Assembly (NCBI GenBank): GCA_028404565.1
Contig: JAOOBR010000004.1
Coordinates: 1,827-65,826, forward strand
Direction: 5' to 3'
Length of the DNA stretch: 64,000 nucleotides
Source: Pseudomonadota bacterium
GTDB lineage: Bacteria; Pseudomonadota; Gammaproteobacteria; Magnimaribacterales; D2472
Below the pieces are notes generated by a model, which saw only the letters and a program-made list of their open reading frames with translations, was not told the origin of the DNA and did no database searches. This document shows positions 42,602-56,207 of this stretch, piece by piece. Positions within the stretch are counted from its first letter, which is position 1, and every line of letters starts with the position of its first letter. A program made the position numbers and the translations under genes.

Positions 42602-43993
42602 ATGTTAAATACAGTTGCAATTATTGGCAGGCCAAATGTAGGCAAATCTACTCTTTTTAATAAACTTACTAAATCTAGAAGCGCAATAGTTTCAAACTTC
42701 TCTGGACTAACAAAGGACAGAAATTATGGCTTGTTGTCTATAGGAGATAGCAAAACTTTCTTAATTGATACAGGAGGAATTGACTCTAGCAAAAAAGAAA
42801 GTATTGAGAATGAAATATCTGAGCAAGCATGGATAGCAGTTGATGAGTCTTCCTTAGTTTTATTTGTTATCGATGGATCTGAAGAATTGACTAACCTTGA
42901 CTCAAAAATTTTAGAGAATCTAAGAAAAAGAAATAAAAAATTTATTGCGATTTTAAATAAAAATGACAAAAAAAATGTTTCAAATGCGTCCTTTGATTTA
43001 TCTCAAAAAGGAATAAAGGATTCAATATCGATTAGCGCAGAGCATTCAATTGGACTGGATGAATTAAAAAAGTATTTAAAATCAAATATTGCAGAAAATA
43101 TTTCTGATACTGAAGAGGGCAATTCACCAAAGATTTCGATTATTGGTAGACCAAATGCTGGTAAATCTACTTTAATTAACTCTTTATCGTTAAAAGATAG
43201 AGTAATTGTCTCTCCTTTAGCAGGGACCACAATTGACGCAATCAATGTGCCAATCGAATTTGGCGAAATGAAATATGAACTATTTGATACAGCTGGAATA
43301 AGAAAAGGATATAAAACAAAAACTAATATTGAATATTTCTCTTATGTAAGAGCCATGCATGCTGCTTCTGAATCAGATATAACTATTCTTTTAATAGATG
43401 CTGATTCTGGTCTTGTTGATCAGGATCTAAAAATTTTATCTATGATAGAAAAATTTGGTAAACCAATCATACTTGCCATAAATAAGATCGATTTACTGAG
43501 TAGAAAAAAAATGAAAGAGTTTTTTGATAATAAGAAAATGGAGAAGAGGTTTTTTGAAGATTTGAAGCTTGTAAAAATTTCAGCATTGAAGGGCAAAGGT
43601 TTTAAGAAGCTCTTTAAAGAAATTGATGATACTCTTCAAAAATCAGTAACAAAATTTACAACCTCAAAACTTAATAGGATCTTAAAACGAGTTATTGAGG
43701 AGAGATCGCCACCCTCAGTCTCTGGAAAATCGCTAAAATTTAGATACATACATTTTGCAGGAATTAACCCAACAACATTGGTGATTCATTCATCTCAGGA
43801 TAAAAAGTTACCTGCAAACTATAAGAAATATATTTATAATTCTTTTAAAAAATATCTTGATCTTAAGAGCATTCAACTAAAGATAATATTTAGGAAATCT
43901 GATAATCCATATAAAGGTAAAAATACTCTTACTGAAAGGCAAATTAAGAAACGTAAGAGACTATTATCTTTTGTTAAAAAAGCTAAGAAATAA
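42602..43993 (+). CDS. der: Ribosome biogenesis GTPase Der (EngA)
   Basis: Two G domains (GRPNVGKST, GRPNAGKST) plus KH-like C-terminus. Confidence 0.97.
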   Translation: MLNTVAIIGRPNVGKSTLFNKLTKSRSAIVSNFSGLTKDRNYGLLSIGDSKTFLIDTGGIDSSKKESIENEISEQAWIAVDESSLVLFVIDGSEELTNLDSKILENLRKRNKKFIAILNKNDKKNVSNASFDLSQKGIKDSISISAEHSIGLDELKKYLKSNIAENISDTEEGNSPKISIIGRPNAGKSTLINSLSLKDRVIVSPLAGTTIDAINVPIEFGEMKYELFDTAGIRKGYKTKTNIEYFSYVRAMHAASESDITILLIDADSGLVDQDLKILSMIEKFGKPIILAINKIDLLSRKKMKEFFDNKKMEKRFFEDLKLVKISALKGKGFKKLFKEIDDTLQKSVTKFTTSKLNRILKRVIEERSPPSVSGKSLKFRYIHFAGINPTTLVIHSSQDKKLPANYKKYIYNSFKKYLDLKSIQLKIIFRKSDNPYKGKNTLTERQIKKRKRLLSFVKKAKK

Positions 43994-44065
43994 AGTATTA
44001 ATTTATAGTCTTTTACGTATAATTAATGCATTAAAGGAAAGTATTAGTAAACATTTGTCCACTCT

Positions 44066-44452
44066 ATGAATACAGACCACCGCCCGGTTTATATAGATCT
44101 TCGTAAGATAAATCTCCCTGTCTCTGCTTTAATCTCTATTACGCACAGATTATCTGGTATGTATGTTTTTTTTATAACTTTGCCACTGATGCTTGCATTA
44201 ATATTTTTTTCTACTGAAAGCGAAGATTCATTTAATAACTTGTCATTATTTTTGAAGGATTATAAATTTATTTTAGGTCTAATCGTTTTAAGTTTTTGTA
44301 TTCTCTGGTATCACATTCTTTCGGGAGTAAGGCACTTAATAATGGATGCTCACATAGGAGAATCACTTATTGCTTCAAAGTATTCTGCAATATTTACTAT
44401 TTCCCTATGGATTATTACTACTTCTTTTGTATTTTGGAGAATCTTTTCATGA
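44066..44452 (+). CDS. sdhC: Succinate dehydrogenase cytochrome b556 subunit
   Basis: RPVYIDL, SITHRLSG, YHILSGVRHLIMD. Confidence 0.94.
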   Translation: MNTDHRPVYIDLRKINLPVSALISITHRLSGMYVFFITLPLMLALIFFSTESEDSFNNLSLFLKDYKFILGLIVLSFCILWYHILSGVRHLIMDAHIGESLIASKYSAIFTISLWIITTSFVFWRIFS

Positions 44453-44814
44453 AGGGATCAACAATTTGGTATCTTCAAAGGACTAGTGCAATAATTAATT
44501 TAATTTATATTGTTTATGTTTTTTACTTTATTTGCTCCACAGAATTAACATTCGAGGCTTGGAGTAATTTCTTTTATTCCTCCATTATGATTTTTCTTAC
44601 ATTGTGCTTTTTTGCATCAGTTATTATTCACTCATTTATCGGCCTATGGACTGTTGGAACTGATTACCTTACAAGAAGAACAATTGGATTCTTGAGCTAC
44701 AGAATTTCTAAATATGCTGATACTTTTAGGTCTATTTATACTGTTGTTTTTTCAATATTTGGACTTAGTTATTTAATAGTATCTTTAACAATTATTTTTA
44801 ATAATTTTTTATGA
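44449..44814 (+). CDS. sdhD: Succinate dehydrogenase membrane anchor
   Basis: [22 protein letters not shown]; ATG overlaps the sdhC stop. Confidence 0.9.
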   Translation: MKGSTIWYLQRTSAIINLIYIVYVFYFICSTELTFEAWSNFFYSSIMIFLTLCFFASVIIHSFIGLWTVGTDYLTRRTIGFLSYRISKYADTFRSIYTVVFSIFGLSYLIVSLTIIFNNFL

Positions 44815-46601
44815 ATAAAGTAATTAATATCTCAAAAAAAAATAACATCAAAGAATTTGATGCACTTATTATTGGTGGAGGCGGATCAGGGATGAGAACC
44901 TCCCTTGAACTAGCCAAATCAGGTCTGAATACAGCTGTTATTTCTAAAGTTTTTCCTACCAGGTCTCATACCGTCTCGGCTCAAGGTGGAATTACATGTG
45001 CAATCCAAAGTGCAGATCCAAATGATGATTGGAGATGGCATATGTACGATACCGTAAAAGGCTCTGACTATATTGGTGATCAGGATGCTATTGAGTATAT
45101 GTGCTCAGAGGGACCAAAAGCAGTTTATGAATTAGAGCACATGGGTCTACCATTTTCTCGTTTTGAAAATGGAAGGATTTATCAAAGACCATTTGGTGGA
45201 CAATCTAAAGATTTTGGAAAAGGTGGACAGGCAGCTAGAACTTGTGCAGCAGCAGATAGAACAGGTCATGCACTTCTTCATACTCTCTACCAAAATAATG
45301 TTAAAGAGGGAACAAACTTTCTTAATGAATGGTTTGCTGTTGATCTTGTTAAAAATTCAAAGAATGAGATCACTGGAGTTATAGCTTTTTCTATTGAATC
45401 GGGTGAAGTCTGTTATCTTAAAGCTCAGGCAACGGTTCTAGCTACAGGCGGTGCTGGAAGAATATATGCATCTACAACAAATGCTTTGATTAATACTGGA
45501 GATGGACTTGGAATGACTCTTAGAGCGGGTTTTCCTGCTCAGGATATGGAAATGTGGCAATTTCATCCAACTGGTATTCATGGTGCAGGGTCTCTTGTAA
45601 CTGAGGGTTGCAGAGGTGAAGGTGGATATTTAATTAATGCAGATGGTGAGAGGTTTATGGAAAGATATGCTCCAAATGCTAAGGATCTTGCAGGGAGAGA
45701 TGTTGTTGCTAGATCAATGGTTATGGAAATACTTGAAGGTAGAGGTTGTGGCCCAGAGAAAGATCATGTTTACTTGAAACTCGATCATTTGGGTGCAGAT
45801 GTCCTTAATTCAAAATTACCGGGCATATGCGAGCTTTCAAAAACTTTTGCTCACGTTGATCCTATTAAGGAACCAATTCCTGTTGTTCCTACATGTCATT
45901 ACATGATGGGAGGAACTCCAACAAATATTCATGGTCAAGCATTTAGCAGGAATGATGGAAATGATTTCATGGTTTCAGGGCTTTTCTCTGTTGGGGAGGC
46001 TGCATGTGTATCTGTTCATGGTGCTAACAGACTGGGTGGAAACTCTTTATTAGATTTAGTTGTTTTCGGAAGAGCTGCAGGCAAACATATAAATGAGGAG
46101 CTTAAATCTGGTGGTGGCGTAGAAAATGCTTCCAATGAAGATATTGAATTGGCTATGAGCAGGCTAAACAAATTAAATGAATCTGAATCTGGATACGAGG
46201 TTGCTGATGTTAAAAAACAACTCCAAACATGCATGCAGAACTACTTTGGTGTCTTTAGGCGTGGTGAGTTTATGGAGAAAGGAGTCAAAGAACTTGAGGA
46301 GATAAGAGAGAAATCTGAAAACCTTTACTTAAAGGATAAAAGTATTGCTTTCAACACTAACAGAGTTGAAGCACTCGAGTTACAGAATCTATTAGAGGTC
46401 GCAGAGGCAACAGCTATTTCTGCAATGATGAGAGACGAAAGTAGAGGTGCTCATGCAAGAGATGATTTTCCTGAAAGAGATGATGAGAATTGGTTATGTC
46501 ATTCTTTATATGATCCAGTTGAAAAAAAATTGGGCAAAAGAGATGTTAATTTTGTTCCAAAAGAAGTAGAAGCATTTCCACCTAAAATGAGGTCTTATTA
46601 A
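44811..46601 (+). CDS. sdhA: Succinate dehydrogenase flavoprotein
   Basis: [28 protein letters not shown]. Confidence 0.98.
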   Translation: MNKVINISKKNNIKEFDALIIGGGGSGMRTSLELAKSGLNTAVISKVFPTRSHTVSAQGGITCAIQSADPNDDWRWHMYDTVKGSDYIGDQDAIEYMCSEGPKAVYELEHMGLPFSRFENGRIYQRPFGGQSKDFGKGGQAARTCAAADRTGHALLHTLYQNNVKEGTNFLNEWFAVDLVKNSKNEITGVIAFSIESGEVCYLKAQATVLATGGAGRIYASTTNALINTGDGLGMTLRAGFPAQDMEMWQFHPTGIHGAGSLVTEGCRGEGGYLINADGERFMERYAPNAKDLAGRDVVARSMVMEILEGRGCGPEKDHVYLKLDHLGADVLNSKLPGICELSKTFAHVDPIKEPIPVVPTCHYMMGGTPTNIHGQAFSRNDGNDFMVSGLFSVGEAACVSVHGANRLGGNSLLDLVVFGRAAGKHINEELKSGGGVENASNEDIELAMSRLNKLNESESGYEVADVKKQLQTCMQNYFGVFRRGEFMEKGVKELEEIREKSENLYLKDKSIAFNTNRVEALELQNLLEVAEATAISAMMRDESRGAHARDDFPERDDENWLCHSLYDPVEKKLGKRDVNFVPKEVEAFPPKMRSY

Positions 46602-46602
46602 A

Positions 46603-47340
46603 ATGGAGCTTAGCGTCAGCCTATACAGATATAATCCTGAGCAGGATAAGTTTCCTTATATGAAGAACTATAAGGTTAAAAAGCCTGAAAAAGATATTAT
46701 GGTTCTAGATCTTCTTAATATGCTTAAGGAGGATGATGTAACTATTTCTTATAGACGATCATGCCGAGAAGGTGTGTGCGGATCTGATGGCATGAACATT
46801 AATGGTAAAAATGGGCTGGCATGCATTACTCCTTTGTCAGAAGTCTTAAAAGGAAATAAGCTTGAGTTAAGACCTTTACCTGGTCTTCCTGTTATAAGAG
46901 ATCTTATAGTAGATATGACTCAATTTTACGAGCAGTATGAAAAGATTAAACCATTTTTGCAGTCTGACTCAGAACCACCTGAGCAGGAAAGACTTCAATC
47001 CCCTCAAGATAGAGATAAATTAGATGGCTTATATGAATGTATTCTTTGCGCCTGCTGTTCTACAAGTTGTCCATCCTTTTGGTGGAATCCTGATAAATTT
47101 GTTGGACCAGCTGCACTTCTTCAGGCATATAGATTCCTTGCGGATACAAGAGATACTAAGAAACAAGAGAGATTAGAAGAATTAGGAGACCCTTTTAGTG
47201 TTTATAGGTGTCATGGCATTATGAATTGTGTAAATGTTTGCCCAAAAGGTTTAAATCCAAATAAAGCAATTGGTGAAATTAAATCAATGCTTTTAACTGG
47301 TACTAAAGAGGATAAAATAAAGGTTGTAGGTTTGGAGTGA
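46603..47340 (+). CDS. sdhB: Succinate dehydrogenase Fe-S subunit
   Basis: SCREGVCGSD, CILCACCSTSCP, CHGIMNCVNVCP. Confidence 0.98.
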   Translation: MELSVSLYRYNPEQDKFPYMKNYKVKKPEKDIMVLDLLNMLKEDDVTISYRRSCREGVCGSDGMNINGKNGLACITPLSEVLKGNKLELRPLPGLPVIRDLIVDMTQFYEQYEKIKPFLQSDSEPPEQERLQSPQDRDKLDGLYECILCACCSTSCPSFWWNPDKFVGPAALLQAYRFLADTRDTKKQERLEELGDPFSVYRCHGIMNCVNVCPKGLNPNKAIGEIKSMLLTGTKEDKIKVVGLE

Positions 47341-47344
47341 GCTG

Positions 47345-50167
47345 ATGAAAAAGACAATGTCAGATTATATGAGTGATTCTCATACATCTGGCGGACACCT
47401 CTCATATTTAGAGGATCTATATGAGAGTTATTTACAAGATCCCAATTCTATTTCAGAGGAGTGGAAAACTTACTTCAATGACTTACCCTTTCAAAATGGA
47501 TCCAAAAAAGATAGTTCTCATCTTGATGTAATCAAACACTTTCAAAACACTCCGAGAAGATCAGCAACAAAATTCAAAGCTTCTTCACAAAATAAAAATC
47601 CACTCGAAGCAAAGGTTCAAACTTTAATAAAAGCTTACAGAGACTATGGACATACTGCTGCAGATTTAGATCCTCTTGGAATTGCTGAAAAAGTTATTCA
47701 TTCAGATTTACACAAAACAGAAGGCTTATTTAATCGAGATGAACTTTCAAGCATGATTAATTGTAATTTCCCAATTGGAAGTAATGCTGAATACGAAGTA
47801 AATAATTTAATAAATGAACTAAAAGAAACTTATTGTAAAAATATTGGTATTGAATTTCAGCATATATCAAACAAAAGAGAAAGAAGTTGGATTATTGAAA
47901 AGTTTGAAAACTCAGATCATAAAGTCTCAGATTTAGAAAGAAAAAAAGAGATACTAAAAAGATTAATTTCTGCAAGAGGCTTGGCTCAATTTCTTTCTTC
48001 TAAATATCCAGGTATGAAAAGATTTGGTATTGATGGATGTGAATCGCTTATTCCACTTGTAGATACGCTTATTAAGACGACGTCAAAAAATGGCGCTGAG
48101 CAAATTTGTTTTGGAATGGCTCATAGAGGCAGGCTAAATTTATTGGTTAATGTTTTAGGAAAAGTTTCAAAAGAGCTTTTTGAGGCTTTTGAAGAAGATT
48201 TTGATCTTAAAGGGACAAGTACAGGAGATGTAAAATATCATTTGGGATACTCCTCAAATATTAGAACTGATCATGGAGATGTGCATGTATCCTTAACGAA
48301 TAATCCTTCACATTTGGAAATTGTAAATCCGGTTGTTGTCGGTTCAGTTAGAGCTCGTCAAGATAGGTTAGGAGACACATTTAGAAATAGGGTTGTTCCA
48401 ATTCTTATTCATGGTGATGCAGCATTTTCTGGCCAAGGCGTTGTGATGGAGACGCTCCAAATGTCACAAACCAGAGCATATGGAGTAGGAGGCACTATCC
48501 ATGTAGTTGTCAATAATCAAATAGGATTTACAACAAGTCATATAAGGGACGCCAGGTCAACAAGATACTCAACCGATATTAGTAAATTTATCGAGGCTCC
48601 AATCATTCACGTAAATGCCGATGATCCTGAAGCAGTTGTCTATGTCTCTGAATTGGCATGTGAATATAGAGAGAACTTCAAGAAAGATATTGTTATTGAC
48701 TTAGTTTGTTACAGAAGGAGTGGCCACAATGAAGCCGATGATCCTTCATCAACTCAACCCTTGATGTATAAAGCAATAAAAAGTCACAAAACCGTTTTAG
48801 ATATTTATGAAAAACTTTTAACCGCTGATTCAATAATATCTAATGAAGAAATAAAAGATTTTAAAAAATCATACAGAAAGCAAATTGAAAATGGTGAATC
48901 TGTAACTCCTAACTTAGCTCCAAGATCAAATGATGATCAGTGGTTTGATTGGGAGCCATTCATGAATAGAAAATGGTACGAGCAAGTAACTACTTCTGTT
49001 CCTCAAAAAGAAATTGAAGAAAATGCTTTATCAATCGTTAAGACTCCTGCAGATTTTTCACTTCAGAAAAAAGTACAAAAGATTTTTGATGAAAGAATAA
49101 AAATGTCGCAGGGAGATATAAAGCTAAACTGGGGATTTGCCGAAATGATGGCATATTCAAGCCTGCTTAAGGAAGGTTATCCCATAAGATTTACCGGTCA
49201 GGATGTAAGAAGGGGAACATTTGATCATCGTCATGCTGTTATCTTTGATCAAAAAAATGGAGAAGGATTTCTATCATTAGATTCAATTGCAAAGGAAGGA
49301 AAAACATTAGTTGATATTTATGATTCATTATTATCTGAGGAAGCTGTTCTAGGTTTCGAGTATGGTTACTCGGCAACTTGGCCAAGTGGACTTGTTATTT
49401 GGGAAGCTCAGTTTGGTGATTTTGCTAATGGAGCTCAGGTTGTAATTGATCAATTCATAGTTAGTGCTGAACATAAATGGGAAAGGCTTTCTGGACTAGT
49501 TATGCTCCTTCCGCATGGATTTGAAGGAATGGGTCCTGAGCACAGTAGCGCAAGATTAGAGAGATTTTTACAGCTATGTGCTGCAAATAACATACAAGTT
49601 TGTATGCCAAGCTCCCCATCCCAAATTTTCCATCTTCTCAGAAGGCAGGCAATAAGAAAAATGCGAAGACCTCTTATTGTTATTACTCCAAAGAGTCTTT
49701 TAAGATTACCTGAGGCTGCAAGTGATTTATCTGAACTCACAAATGGGAGTTTTAATTGCATCATTGGAGATGATCTTCCAACGGAAAAAATTAAAAGAGT
49801 AGTGCTTTGCAGTGGAAAAGTTTATTACGATCTTAAGAAGGCTCGAGATGAAAAAGGTATTTCAGATGTCGCATTACTTAGACTTGAACAACTTTATCCT
49901 TTCCCATATTTTGAAGTTGAAGAAATGCTTAAGAATTATTCACATGTTGAGGAGTTTATTTGGGCTCAAGAAGAACCAAGAAATCAAGGAGCATGGTTTA
50001 GTCATCGTCATAGATTAGAAAGGGTTTTAAATAAGCTCAATATAGAGAATTCGTTTAAACCTATTTCAAGGCCTCCTGCTGCTGCACCAGCAGTTGGGTT
50101 AATGAAATTACATCTTCAACAACAACAAGAATTAGTTGATAATGTACTAAAAAGAGATAACAAATGA
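47345..50167 (+). CDS. sucA: 2-oxoglutarate dehydrogenase E1
   Basis: [37 protein letters not shown]. Confidence 0.98.
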   Translation: MKKTMSDYMSDSHTSGGHLSYLEDLYESYLQDPNSISEEWKTYFNDLPFQNGSKKDSSHLDVIKHFQNTPRRSATKFKASSQNKNPLEAKVQTLIKAYRDYGHTAADLDPLGIAEKVIHSDLHKTEGLFNRDELSSMINCNFPIGSNAEYEVNNLINELKETYCKNIGIEFQHISNKRERSWIIEKFENSDHKVSDLERKKEILKRLISARGLAQFLSSKYPGMKRFGIDGCESLIPLVDTLIKTTSKNGAEQICFGMAHRGRLNLLVNVLGKVSKELFEAFEEDFDLKGTSTGDVKYHLGYSSNIRTDHGDVHVSLTNNPSHLEIVNPVVVGSVRARQDRLGDTFRNRVVPILIHGDAAFSGQGVVMETLQMSQTRAYGVGGTIHVVVNNQIGFTTSHIRDARSTRYSTDISKFIEAPIIHVNADDPEAVVYVSELACEYRENFKKDIVIDLVCYRRSGHNEADDPSSTQPLMYKAIKSHKTVLDIYEKLLTADSIISNEEIKDFKKSYRKQIENGESVTPNLAPRSNDDQWFDWEPFMNRKWYEQVTTSVPQKEIEENALSIVKTPADFSLQKKVQKIFDERIKMSQGDIKLNWGFAEMMAYSSLLKEGYPIRFTGQDVRRGTFDHRHAVIFDQKNGEGFLSLDSIAKEGKTLVDIYDSLLSEEAVLGFEYGYSATWPSGLVIWEAQFGDFANGAQVVIDQFIVSAEHKWERLSGLVMLLPHGFEGMGPEHSSARLERFLQLCAANNIQVCMPSSPSQIFHLLRRQAIRKMRRPLIVITPKSLLRLPEAASDLSELTNGSFNCIIGDDLPTEKIKRVVLCSGKVYYDLKKARDEKGISDVALLRLEQLYPFPYFEVEEMLKNYSHVEEFIWAQEEPRNQGAWFSHRHRLERVLNKLNIENSFKPISRPPAAAPAVGLMKLHLQQQQELVDNVLKRDNK

Positions 50168-51360
50168 GTGAAGAAATAAAGTCACCAACCTTCCCAGAGT
50201 CTGTCGCTGACGGAACAATTGCTAACTGGGTTAAAAAAGAGGGTGAAGCTGTATCACAAGATGAGGTGATTGCTGAAATAGAAACTGACAAGGTTGTTCT
50301 AGAGGTGTTAGCTCCTTCAGATGGAAAAATCTCAAAAATTCATAAAAATGAAGGTGATACAGTTTTAAGTGCTGAATTAATTGGTGAATTTATTTCAGGC
50401 GATAGCGAAGAACTAAAAACTCAAACTGTTGAGGAAGAAAAACCTAAAGAAATAGCTACAGATCTTGAATCCTCACAAGACTTGGTAGATAAAAAATCAG
50501 GACCAGCTGCAAAAAGGATAATTGAAGAAAAAGAGCTAAATCCATCTGAGATACAAGGTAGTGGGAAAGATGGAAGGATCACAAAAGCTGATGTAATTAG
50601 CCACGTTGAGAAAGATCCAGCTATTGAAAAATCAGTCAAGAAAACTAATGTTGATCTTGATAGAGAAACAAAAAGAGTTCCAATGACAAGATTGAGATCA
50701 ACAATTGCAAAACGTTTAGTTGAGGTTCAGCAAGAAACAGCGATGTTAACAACCTTCAATGAGGTTGATATGAAGCCTATAAAAGATATTAGATCAAAGT
50801 ATGGAGATGATTTTCTAAAAGAGCATGGTGTTAAGCTTGGCTTTATGGGATTCTTTGTAGCTGCCTCTGTTAATGCCCTCGAAAAGTTTCCTCAAGTTAA
50901 TGCCAGCATTGACGGAACTGATATTGTTTATCATGGCTATAAGGATATTGGCGTAGCTGTTTCTACTGATAGAGGGCTTGTAGTACCTGTAATTAAAGAT
51001 GCTGACATAAAATCAATTTCAGAAATTGAAAAATCAATCTCAGAGTATGCTGAGAAGGCCAGAGATGGAAAATTATCAATTGAGGAGATGCAAGGAGGAA
51101 CTTTTACAGTTTCTAATGGCGGTATATTTGGATCATTGTTATCAACACCAATTCTTAATGCGCCACAGACTGCTATTTTAGGAATGCATAAAATTGAAGA
51201 TAGGCCAGTTGTGGTAGATGGAGAAATTGTTGTTAGACCAATGATGTATTTAGCAATGAGTTATGATCATAGAATGCTCGATGGAAAAGAGGCAGTATCA
51301 TTTCTAGTCTCAATAAAAGAGCAATTAGAGAATCCTGAAAAACTTTTACTAAACCTATAG
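50164..51360 (+). CDS. sucB: 2-oxoglutarate dehydrogenase E2 succinyltransferase
   Basis: Lipoyl ETDKV, E3-binding [21 protein letters not shown]. Confidence 0.97.
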   Translation: MSEEIKSPTFPESVADGTIANWVKKEGEAVSQDEVIAEIETDKVVLEVLAPSDGKISKIHKNEGDTVLSAELIGEFISGDSEELKTQTVEEEKPKEIATDLESSQDLVDKKSGPAAKRIIEEKELNPSEIQGSGKDGRITKADVISHVEKDPAIEKSVKKTNVDLDRETKRVPMTRLRSTIAKRLVEVQQETAMLTTFNEVDMKPIKDIRSKYGDDFLKEHGVKLGFMGFFVAASVNALEKFPQVNASIDGTDIVYHGYKDIGVAVSTDRGLVVPVIKDADIKSISEIEKSISEYAEKARDGKLSIEEMQGGTFTVSNGGIFGSLLSTPILNAPQTAILGMHKIEDRPVVVDGEIVVRPMMYLAMSYDHRMLDGKEAVSFLVSIKEQLENPEKLLLNL

Positions 51361-51368
51361 GTGTAAAT

Positions 51369-52787
51369 ATGTATGATGTTGTTGTAATTGGAGGCGGTCC
51401 TGCTGGTTATGTTGCAGCGATTAAAGCTTCCCAATTAGGTCTAAATACAGCTTGCGTAGAATTTGCCTCTGATGAAAAAGGAAATCAAAAGTATGGAGGT
51501 ACTTGCCTTAATGTAGGCTGTATTCCATCAAAATCTCTTTTGGATTCATCTCACAAATACTACGAAGCTCAAAAAGATTTTGCATCTCATGGAATAGATC
51601 TAAAAGATTTATCAGTCAATATTCCTTCAATGATGAAAAGAAAGGATGATGTTGTTAATAAACTTACAACTGGAATAACCGGACTGTTTAAAGCAAATGG
51701 TGTTGAAGCAATATCAGGAAGAGGAAGAGTTATTAATGAGAACCTTGTAGAAGTTTCAAATAATGGAGATAAAACAAGCTTGGAGACAAAATTCATAATA
51801 TTAGCAACAGGCTCAAATCCAATTGAAATTCCAATTGCAAAATGGTCTGAAAATATAGTCGATAGCACAGGAGCTCTTAATTTTGAGAGTGTTCCAGAAA
51901 GACTTGGAATAATTGGAGCTGGAGTAATTGGTTTAGAGCTTGGAAGTGTATGGTCAAGACTTGGAGCTGAGGTTACAGTCATAGAGGCTATGGATGATTT
52001 CTTACCTATTGTCGACAAACAAATTTCTAAAGAATGCCATCGAGAGTTTAAAAAACAAGGTTTAGATATACATTTAGGATCAAAACTTACCTCAGCTAAA
52101 GATAATGGTAAAGATGTTGAAATTTCTTATGAATCAAAAGGTGAGGAGCATAAAGCCTCTTTTGATAAATTGATTGTGGCTGTAGGGAGAAAACCTAATA
52201 CAGCTGATATCTCAGATGAGTCATTTCCAATAGAGTTAGATGAATTAGGAAGAGTCCAAGTTGATGATTTTTGTAAAACAAATTATGAAAATATTTATGC
52301 TGTTGGTGATATTGTTAGAGGACCAATGCTTGCTCACAAAGGTTCAGAGGAAGGAGTAATGGTTGCTGAGAGAATTGCAGGCAAAAAGGCTAGAATGAAT
52401 TATGAACTTGTACCTAACGTTATTTATACTCATCCTGAAGTCGCTTGGGTCGGAAAGACTCAGCAAGAGCTCGAAGATCATGGTGTGGAGTTTAAGATTG
52501 GAAGTTTTCCATTTGCTGCAAGTGGAAGAGCTTTAGCTGCAGCTGATTCAGTCGGTTCTGTGAAGGTTTTAGCTGATAAGAAAGATGACACAATATTAGG
52601 AGTTCATGTATTTGGTCCTTCTGCCGCAGATATTGTCCAACAAGCAGTTATAGCAATGGAGTTTGGATCTAGTGCTGAAGATATAGGCCTAACTGTGTTT
52701 AGCCATCCAACAGTTAGTGAAGCATTTCATGAAGCTGCATTAGCTGCAAATAATTCTGCAATTCATATAGGCAATAAAAGAAAATGA
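51369..52787 (+). CDS. lpdA: Dihydrolipoamide dehydrogenase
   Basis: [28 protein letters not shown]. Confidence 0.97.
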   Translation: MYDVVVIGGGPAGYVAAIKASQLGLNTACVEFASDEKGNQKYGGTCLNVGCIPSKSLLDSSHKYYEAQKDFASHGIDLKDLSVNIPSMMKRKDDVVNKLTTGITGLFKANGVEAISGRGRVINENLVEVSNNGDKTSLETKFIILATGSNPIEIPIAKWSENIVDSTGALNFESVPERLGIIGAGVIGLELGSVWSRLGAEVTVIEAMDDFLPIVDKQISKECHREFKKQGLDIHLGSKLTSAKDNGKDVEISYESKGEEHKASFDKLIVAVGRKPNTADISDESFPIELDELGRVQVDDFCKTNYENIYAVGDIVRGPMLAHKGSEEGVMVAERIAGKKARMNYELVPNVIYTHPEVAWVGKTQQELEDHGVEFKIGSFPFAASGRALAAADSVGSVKVLADKKDDTILGVHVFGPSAADIVQQAVIAMEFGSSAEDIGLTVFSHPTVSEAFHEAALAANNSAIHIGNKRK

Positions 52788-53941
52788 ACTTACATGAGTA
52801 TCAAGGCAAAGAAATTTTTGCACAATATGATTTACCCGTTTCAAAAGGAAAAGTTGTCACAAGCCTTGATGAGGTTGAACAAGCATGTACTGATATTGGA
52901 GGAAGTAGATGGGTAGCAAAAGCACAGGTTCATGCAGGCGGTAGAGGTAAATCAGGAGGTGTTGCTTTATGTGACACCATTGAGGAGGTAGCGAATTTTA
53001 CAAAAAAATGGCTAGGTAAAAGACTTGTAACATATCAAACTGATAAAGAGGGGCAGCTGGTAAGCTGTATTCTTGTTGAGGAATGTACCAATATCGCTGA
53101 CGAACTTTACTATAGTGCAGTTGTTGATAGATCTTCACGTGAGGTTGCAATAATTGCATCCTCGGAGGGAGGAGTAAATATAGAAAAAGTTGCCGAGGAA
53201 ACTCCTGAAAAGATCGCCTCCATATCACTTAATGGTAAAGATGTATCACAAGGCGATATTGAAAAGATATGTAGCACACTCAAGCTGAATGACACTCAAT
53301 CCTCTCAGATGGAGCATATTGTAAGAAAAACAGTTTCAATGTTCTTTGAATGTGACCTTAGCCTTTTGGAAATTAACCCACTTGTAATAAAAGATGATGG
53401 TAATTTGCATTGTTTAGATGCAAAGATAAATATTGATTCAAATGCACTTTTTAGACAAAAAGAGTTACAAGAAATGCATGATCCAACTCAAGAAGATCCG
53501 AGAGAATCTGAAGCATCAAAATACGATCTAAGTTATGTTTCATTGGATGGAAATATTGGATGCATGGTAAATGGAGCTGGATTAGCAATGGGCACCATGG
53601 ATACAATAAAGTTTTTCAAAGGGAATCCTGCGAACTTTCTTGATGTTGGAGGCACAGCTACTCAAGAAAGGGTAGCAAAAGCTTTTAAAATAATTTTGGA
53701 TGATCCAGAAGTAAAAGTAGTACTTGTAAATATTTTTGGAGGCATTGTTAGATGTGATTTAATTGCACAAGGTATAGTTGCAGCAATTGATGAAGTAGGA
53801 GTTGAAATACCTGTTGTTGTTAGGCTGGAAGGCAATAGTGCAGAAAAAGGACTATCAATCCTTTCTAATTCGTCCTCAAAAATACAAAGTAAGAATAGTT
53901 TGGAAGATGCAGCTAGAACTGCTGTGGAGCTTGCAAAATGA
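52784..53941 (+). CDS. sucC: Succinyl-CoA synthetase beta subunit
   Basis: [35 protein letters not shown]. Confidence 0.98.
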   Translation: MNLHEYQGKEIFAQYDLPVSKGKVVTSLDEVEQACTDIGGSRWVAKAQVHAGGRGKSGGVALCDTIEEVANFTKKWLGKRLVTYQTDKEGQLVSCILVEECTNIADELYYSAVVDRSSREVAIIASSEGGVNIEKVAEETPEKIASISLNGKDVSQGDIEKICSTLKLNDTQSSQMEHIVRKTVSMFFECDLSLLEINPLVIKDDGNLHCLDAKINIDSNALFRQKELQEMHDPTQEDPRESEASKYDLSYVSLDGNIGCMVNGAGLAMGTMDTIKFFKGNPANFLDVGGTATQERVAKAFKIILDDPEVKVVLVNIFGGIVRCDLIAQGIVAAIDEVGVEIPVVVRLEGNSAEKGLSILSNSSSKIQSKNSLEDAARTAVELAK

Positions 53942-54807
53942 GTATCCTAATTGACAAAGATACAAGAGTGCTTGTTCAGGGTTTTACTGGGTCTCAAGGA
54001 ACGCTTCATTCATCTCAATCTATAGAATATGGAACTAATGTTGTGGGTGGAGTAACTCCTGGAAAAGGTGGAACCTCACACTTAGATTTACCTGTTTTTA
54101 ATTCAGTTAACGAGGCGGTTGAACAAGTGCAACCAAACGCATCATTAATATTTGTTCCAGCACCCTTTTGTAAAGGTGCAATTCTCGAAGCCGCAGAAGC
54201 TGGAATAAAGTTTATTGTTTGTATAACAGAAGGTGTTCCAACTTTGGATATGTTAGAAGTAAAAAAGATTGTTGATGGCTTAGGCATTACTCTTATTGGC
54301 CCTAACTGTCCGGGTGTTATCACCCCTGGAGTAGGGAAAATGGGAATTATGCCTGGTGAGATTCATCTTCCTGGAAGAGTTGGAATTATATCTAGATCAG
54401 GAACACTTACCTATGAAGCGGTGAAGCAAACTACTGATTTAGGTCTGGGGCAATCTAGTTGTGTTGGAATAGGCGGAGACCCAATTCCTGGCTCTTCTTT
54501 TATTGATATTTTGGAACTTTTTGAAGCTGATGATCGAACAGACGCAATCGTCATGGTTGGAGAGATTGGAGGAAGTGCTGAAGAGGAAGCTGCTGAATTC
54601 ATTTCACAGAATGTCACTAAACCAGTTGTTTCATATATTGCTGGTCAGACTGCACCACCGGGCAAAAGAATGGGCCATGCAGGTGCAATAATTTCTGGAG
54701 GTAAGGGTACGGCAGAGGATAAAATAAAAAAACTAAATGAGAGCGGTGTTGTTGTTGCAAAAAATCTTCTTGAAATAGGCTCTACTATAAAGTCACTGAT
54801 GTCTTGA
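53938..54807 (+). CDS. sucD: Succinyl-CoA synthetase alpha subunit
   Basis: [22 protein letters not shown]. Confidence 0.98.
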   Translation: MSILIDKDTRVLVQGFTGSQGTLHSSQSIEYGTNVVGGVTPGKGGTSHLDLPVFNSVNEAVEQVQPNASLIFVPAPFCKGAILEAAEAGIKFIVCITEGVPTLDMLEVKKIVDGLGITLIGPNCPGVITPGVGKMGIMPGEIHLPGRVGIISRSGTLTYEAVKQTTDLGLGQSSCVGIGGDPIPGSSFIDILELFEADDRTDAIVMVGEIGGSAEEEAAEFISQNVTKPVVSYIAGQTAPPGKRMGHAGAIISGGKGTAEDKIKKLNESGVVVAKNLLEIGSTIKSLMS

Positions 54808-56143
54808 GGTTTGCGCCTACAACCTTTTTCAATCGTAAAATTCCAAGCAAACAAAATACTGTAAGGCCTAAAATCATACCAATCCACATTCCTGCAGCTC
54901 CCAATTTGGGACCAATAATCCCGTAAGTCATTACAAATCCAGCAGGAAGAGCAATAATCCAATATGAAATTAATATTAATATCATTGGTACAAAAGTATC
55001 CTTAAAACCTCTCAAGCTTCCAACTGCTGACATCTGAACTCCATCAGGTATTTGAAAAATAGCTGCATACAATAATAAACTCACTCCAAGAGCAATGACC
55101 TGCGGATCATTTGTATAAAGAGAAACCAAGAACTCTCTGAAGGTATAGATGGTAATAGTTGTAATTATTGCAATTACAAAACACAGCAAAAGAGAACTTC
55201 TGGTTGAAAACTCAGCATCCAGCAATCTTTGTTCCCCAATAAGATTACCAACTCGCGTAGCTGTTGCAAGACCAAATGCTAATGGAAGCATGAAAAATAC
55301 ACTCGTTATATTGATTGCTATTGTATGACTAGCTATTACTCCTACACCCAGAGCACTGATTATCAAAGCAGCACCACTAAACATACTTAGCTCTATAAAA
55401 ATACCAAAACCTATGGGGATACCAAGCTTAAAAACTTCTTTAAAGGTTTCTAATTTAGGTAAAGTAATCGATTTAAAGATTCTCACGTCCTTATAAAGTT
55501 TTGATTTCATGATAAGAATAGATATCGCTAAAGTTTGGAAAATAGCTATTAAAGAAGTTGCATAACCACATCCCACTCCACCAAGTTTAGGAAAACCAAA
55601 TAAACCATTTACCAAGATAATATCTAGCGGGATATTGATTAGCATCCCAGTAAAAGCAACATAAAAAACAGGAAGTGTTAAGGTCATCCCTTCACTAAAA
55701 CATCTAAGACACGTAAATAAACCCATAAAAACAGCACCTATCGCGATAGCCCTCAAATATTCGCTTGTAATGACTGAAACCTCTAAATCAATGGGAAGTA
55801 GTTTTATTATTGGACCAATATTTATAAGTATTAAAGATAATGCTAAGCCAACCATTAAAGCCATCCACAATATTTGCCTAACCTTATCTTCAATCTGATT
55901 AAATTTTTTCGCTCCAAATAATTGCGCAACAATAGGTGTCACTGCAAATAGGACACCACTTAGTGCAAACCAAAGCGGATTGAAGATTGAGTTTCCTATT
56001 GCTAGAGCAGCAAGGTCTGTTGTATTGGCTCTTCCTGCAACTATCGTATCCGTAACTCCCATAAGCATGTATGAGGTTTGCGAACCAAATATTGGCAATC
56101 CTATAATTACAATACTTTTAATTTCAGAGATATATTTATTCAC
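54785..56143 (-). CDS. MATE family efflux transporter (NorM-like)
   Basis: TDTIVAGR...[34 protein letters not shown]...GSLRG.KDT. Probable GTG start at 56143; the ORF track extends to 56266. Confidence 0.9.
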   Translation of the reverse strand: MNKYISEIKSIVIIGLPIFGSQTSYMLMGVTDTIVAGRANTTDLAALAIGNSIFNPLWFALSGVLFAVTPIVAQLFGAKKFNQIEDKVRQILWMALMVGLALSLILINIGPIIKLLPIDLEVSVITSEYLRAIAIGAVFMGLFTCLRCFSEGMTLTLPVFYVAFTGMLINIPLDIILVNGLFGFPKLGGVGCGYATSLIAIFQTLAISILIMKSKLYKDVRIFKSITLPKLETFKEVFKLGIPIGFGIFIELSMFSGAALIISALGVGVIASHTIAINITSVFFMLPLAFGLATATRVGNLIGEQRLLDAEFSTRSSLLLCFVIAIITTITIYTFREFLVSLYTNDPQVIALGVSLLLYAAIFQIPDGVQMSAVGSLRGFKDTFVPMILILISYWIIALPAGFVMTYGIIGPKLGAAGMWIGMILGLTVFCLLGILRLKKVVGANLKTSVTL

Positions 56144-56207
56144 AAAAGACCACAAATAATTTTCATGTACTTTATCATATAGATTGATATTTAAAAGGAG
56201 ATAAAAA

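Noticed and set aside
43994-44065. gltA absent upstream of sdhC, and a TTAATGCATTAA palindrome after TATAAT
   Set aside because: gltA relocation is common, and a 12-bp AT-rich palindrome is weak evidence alone.
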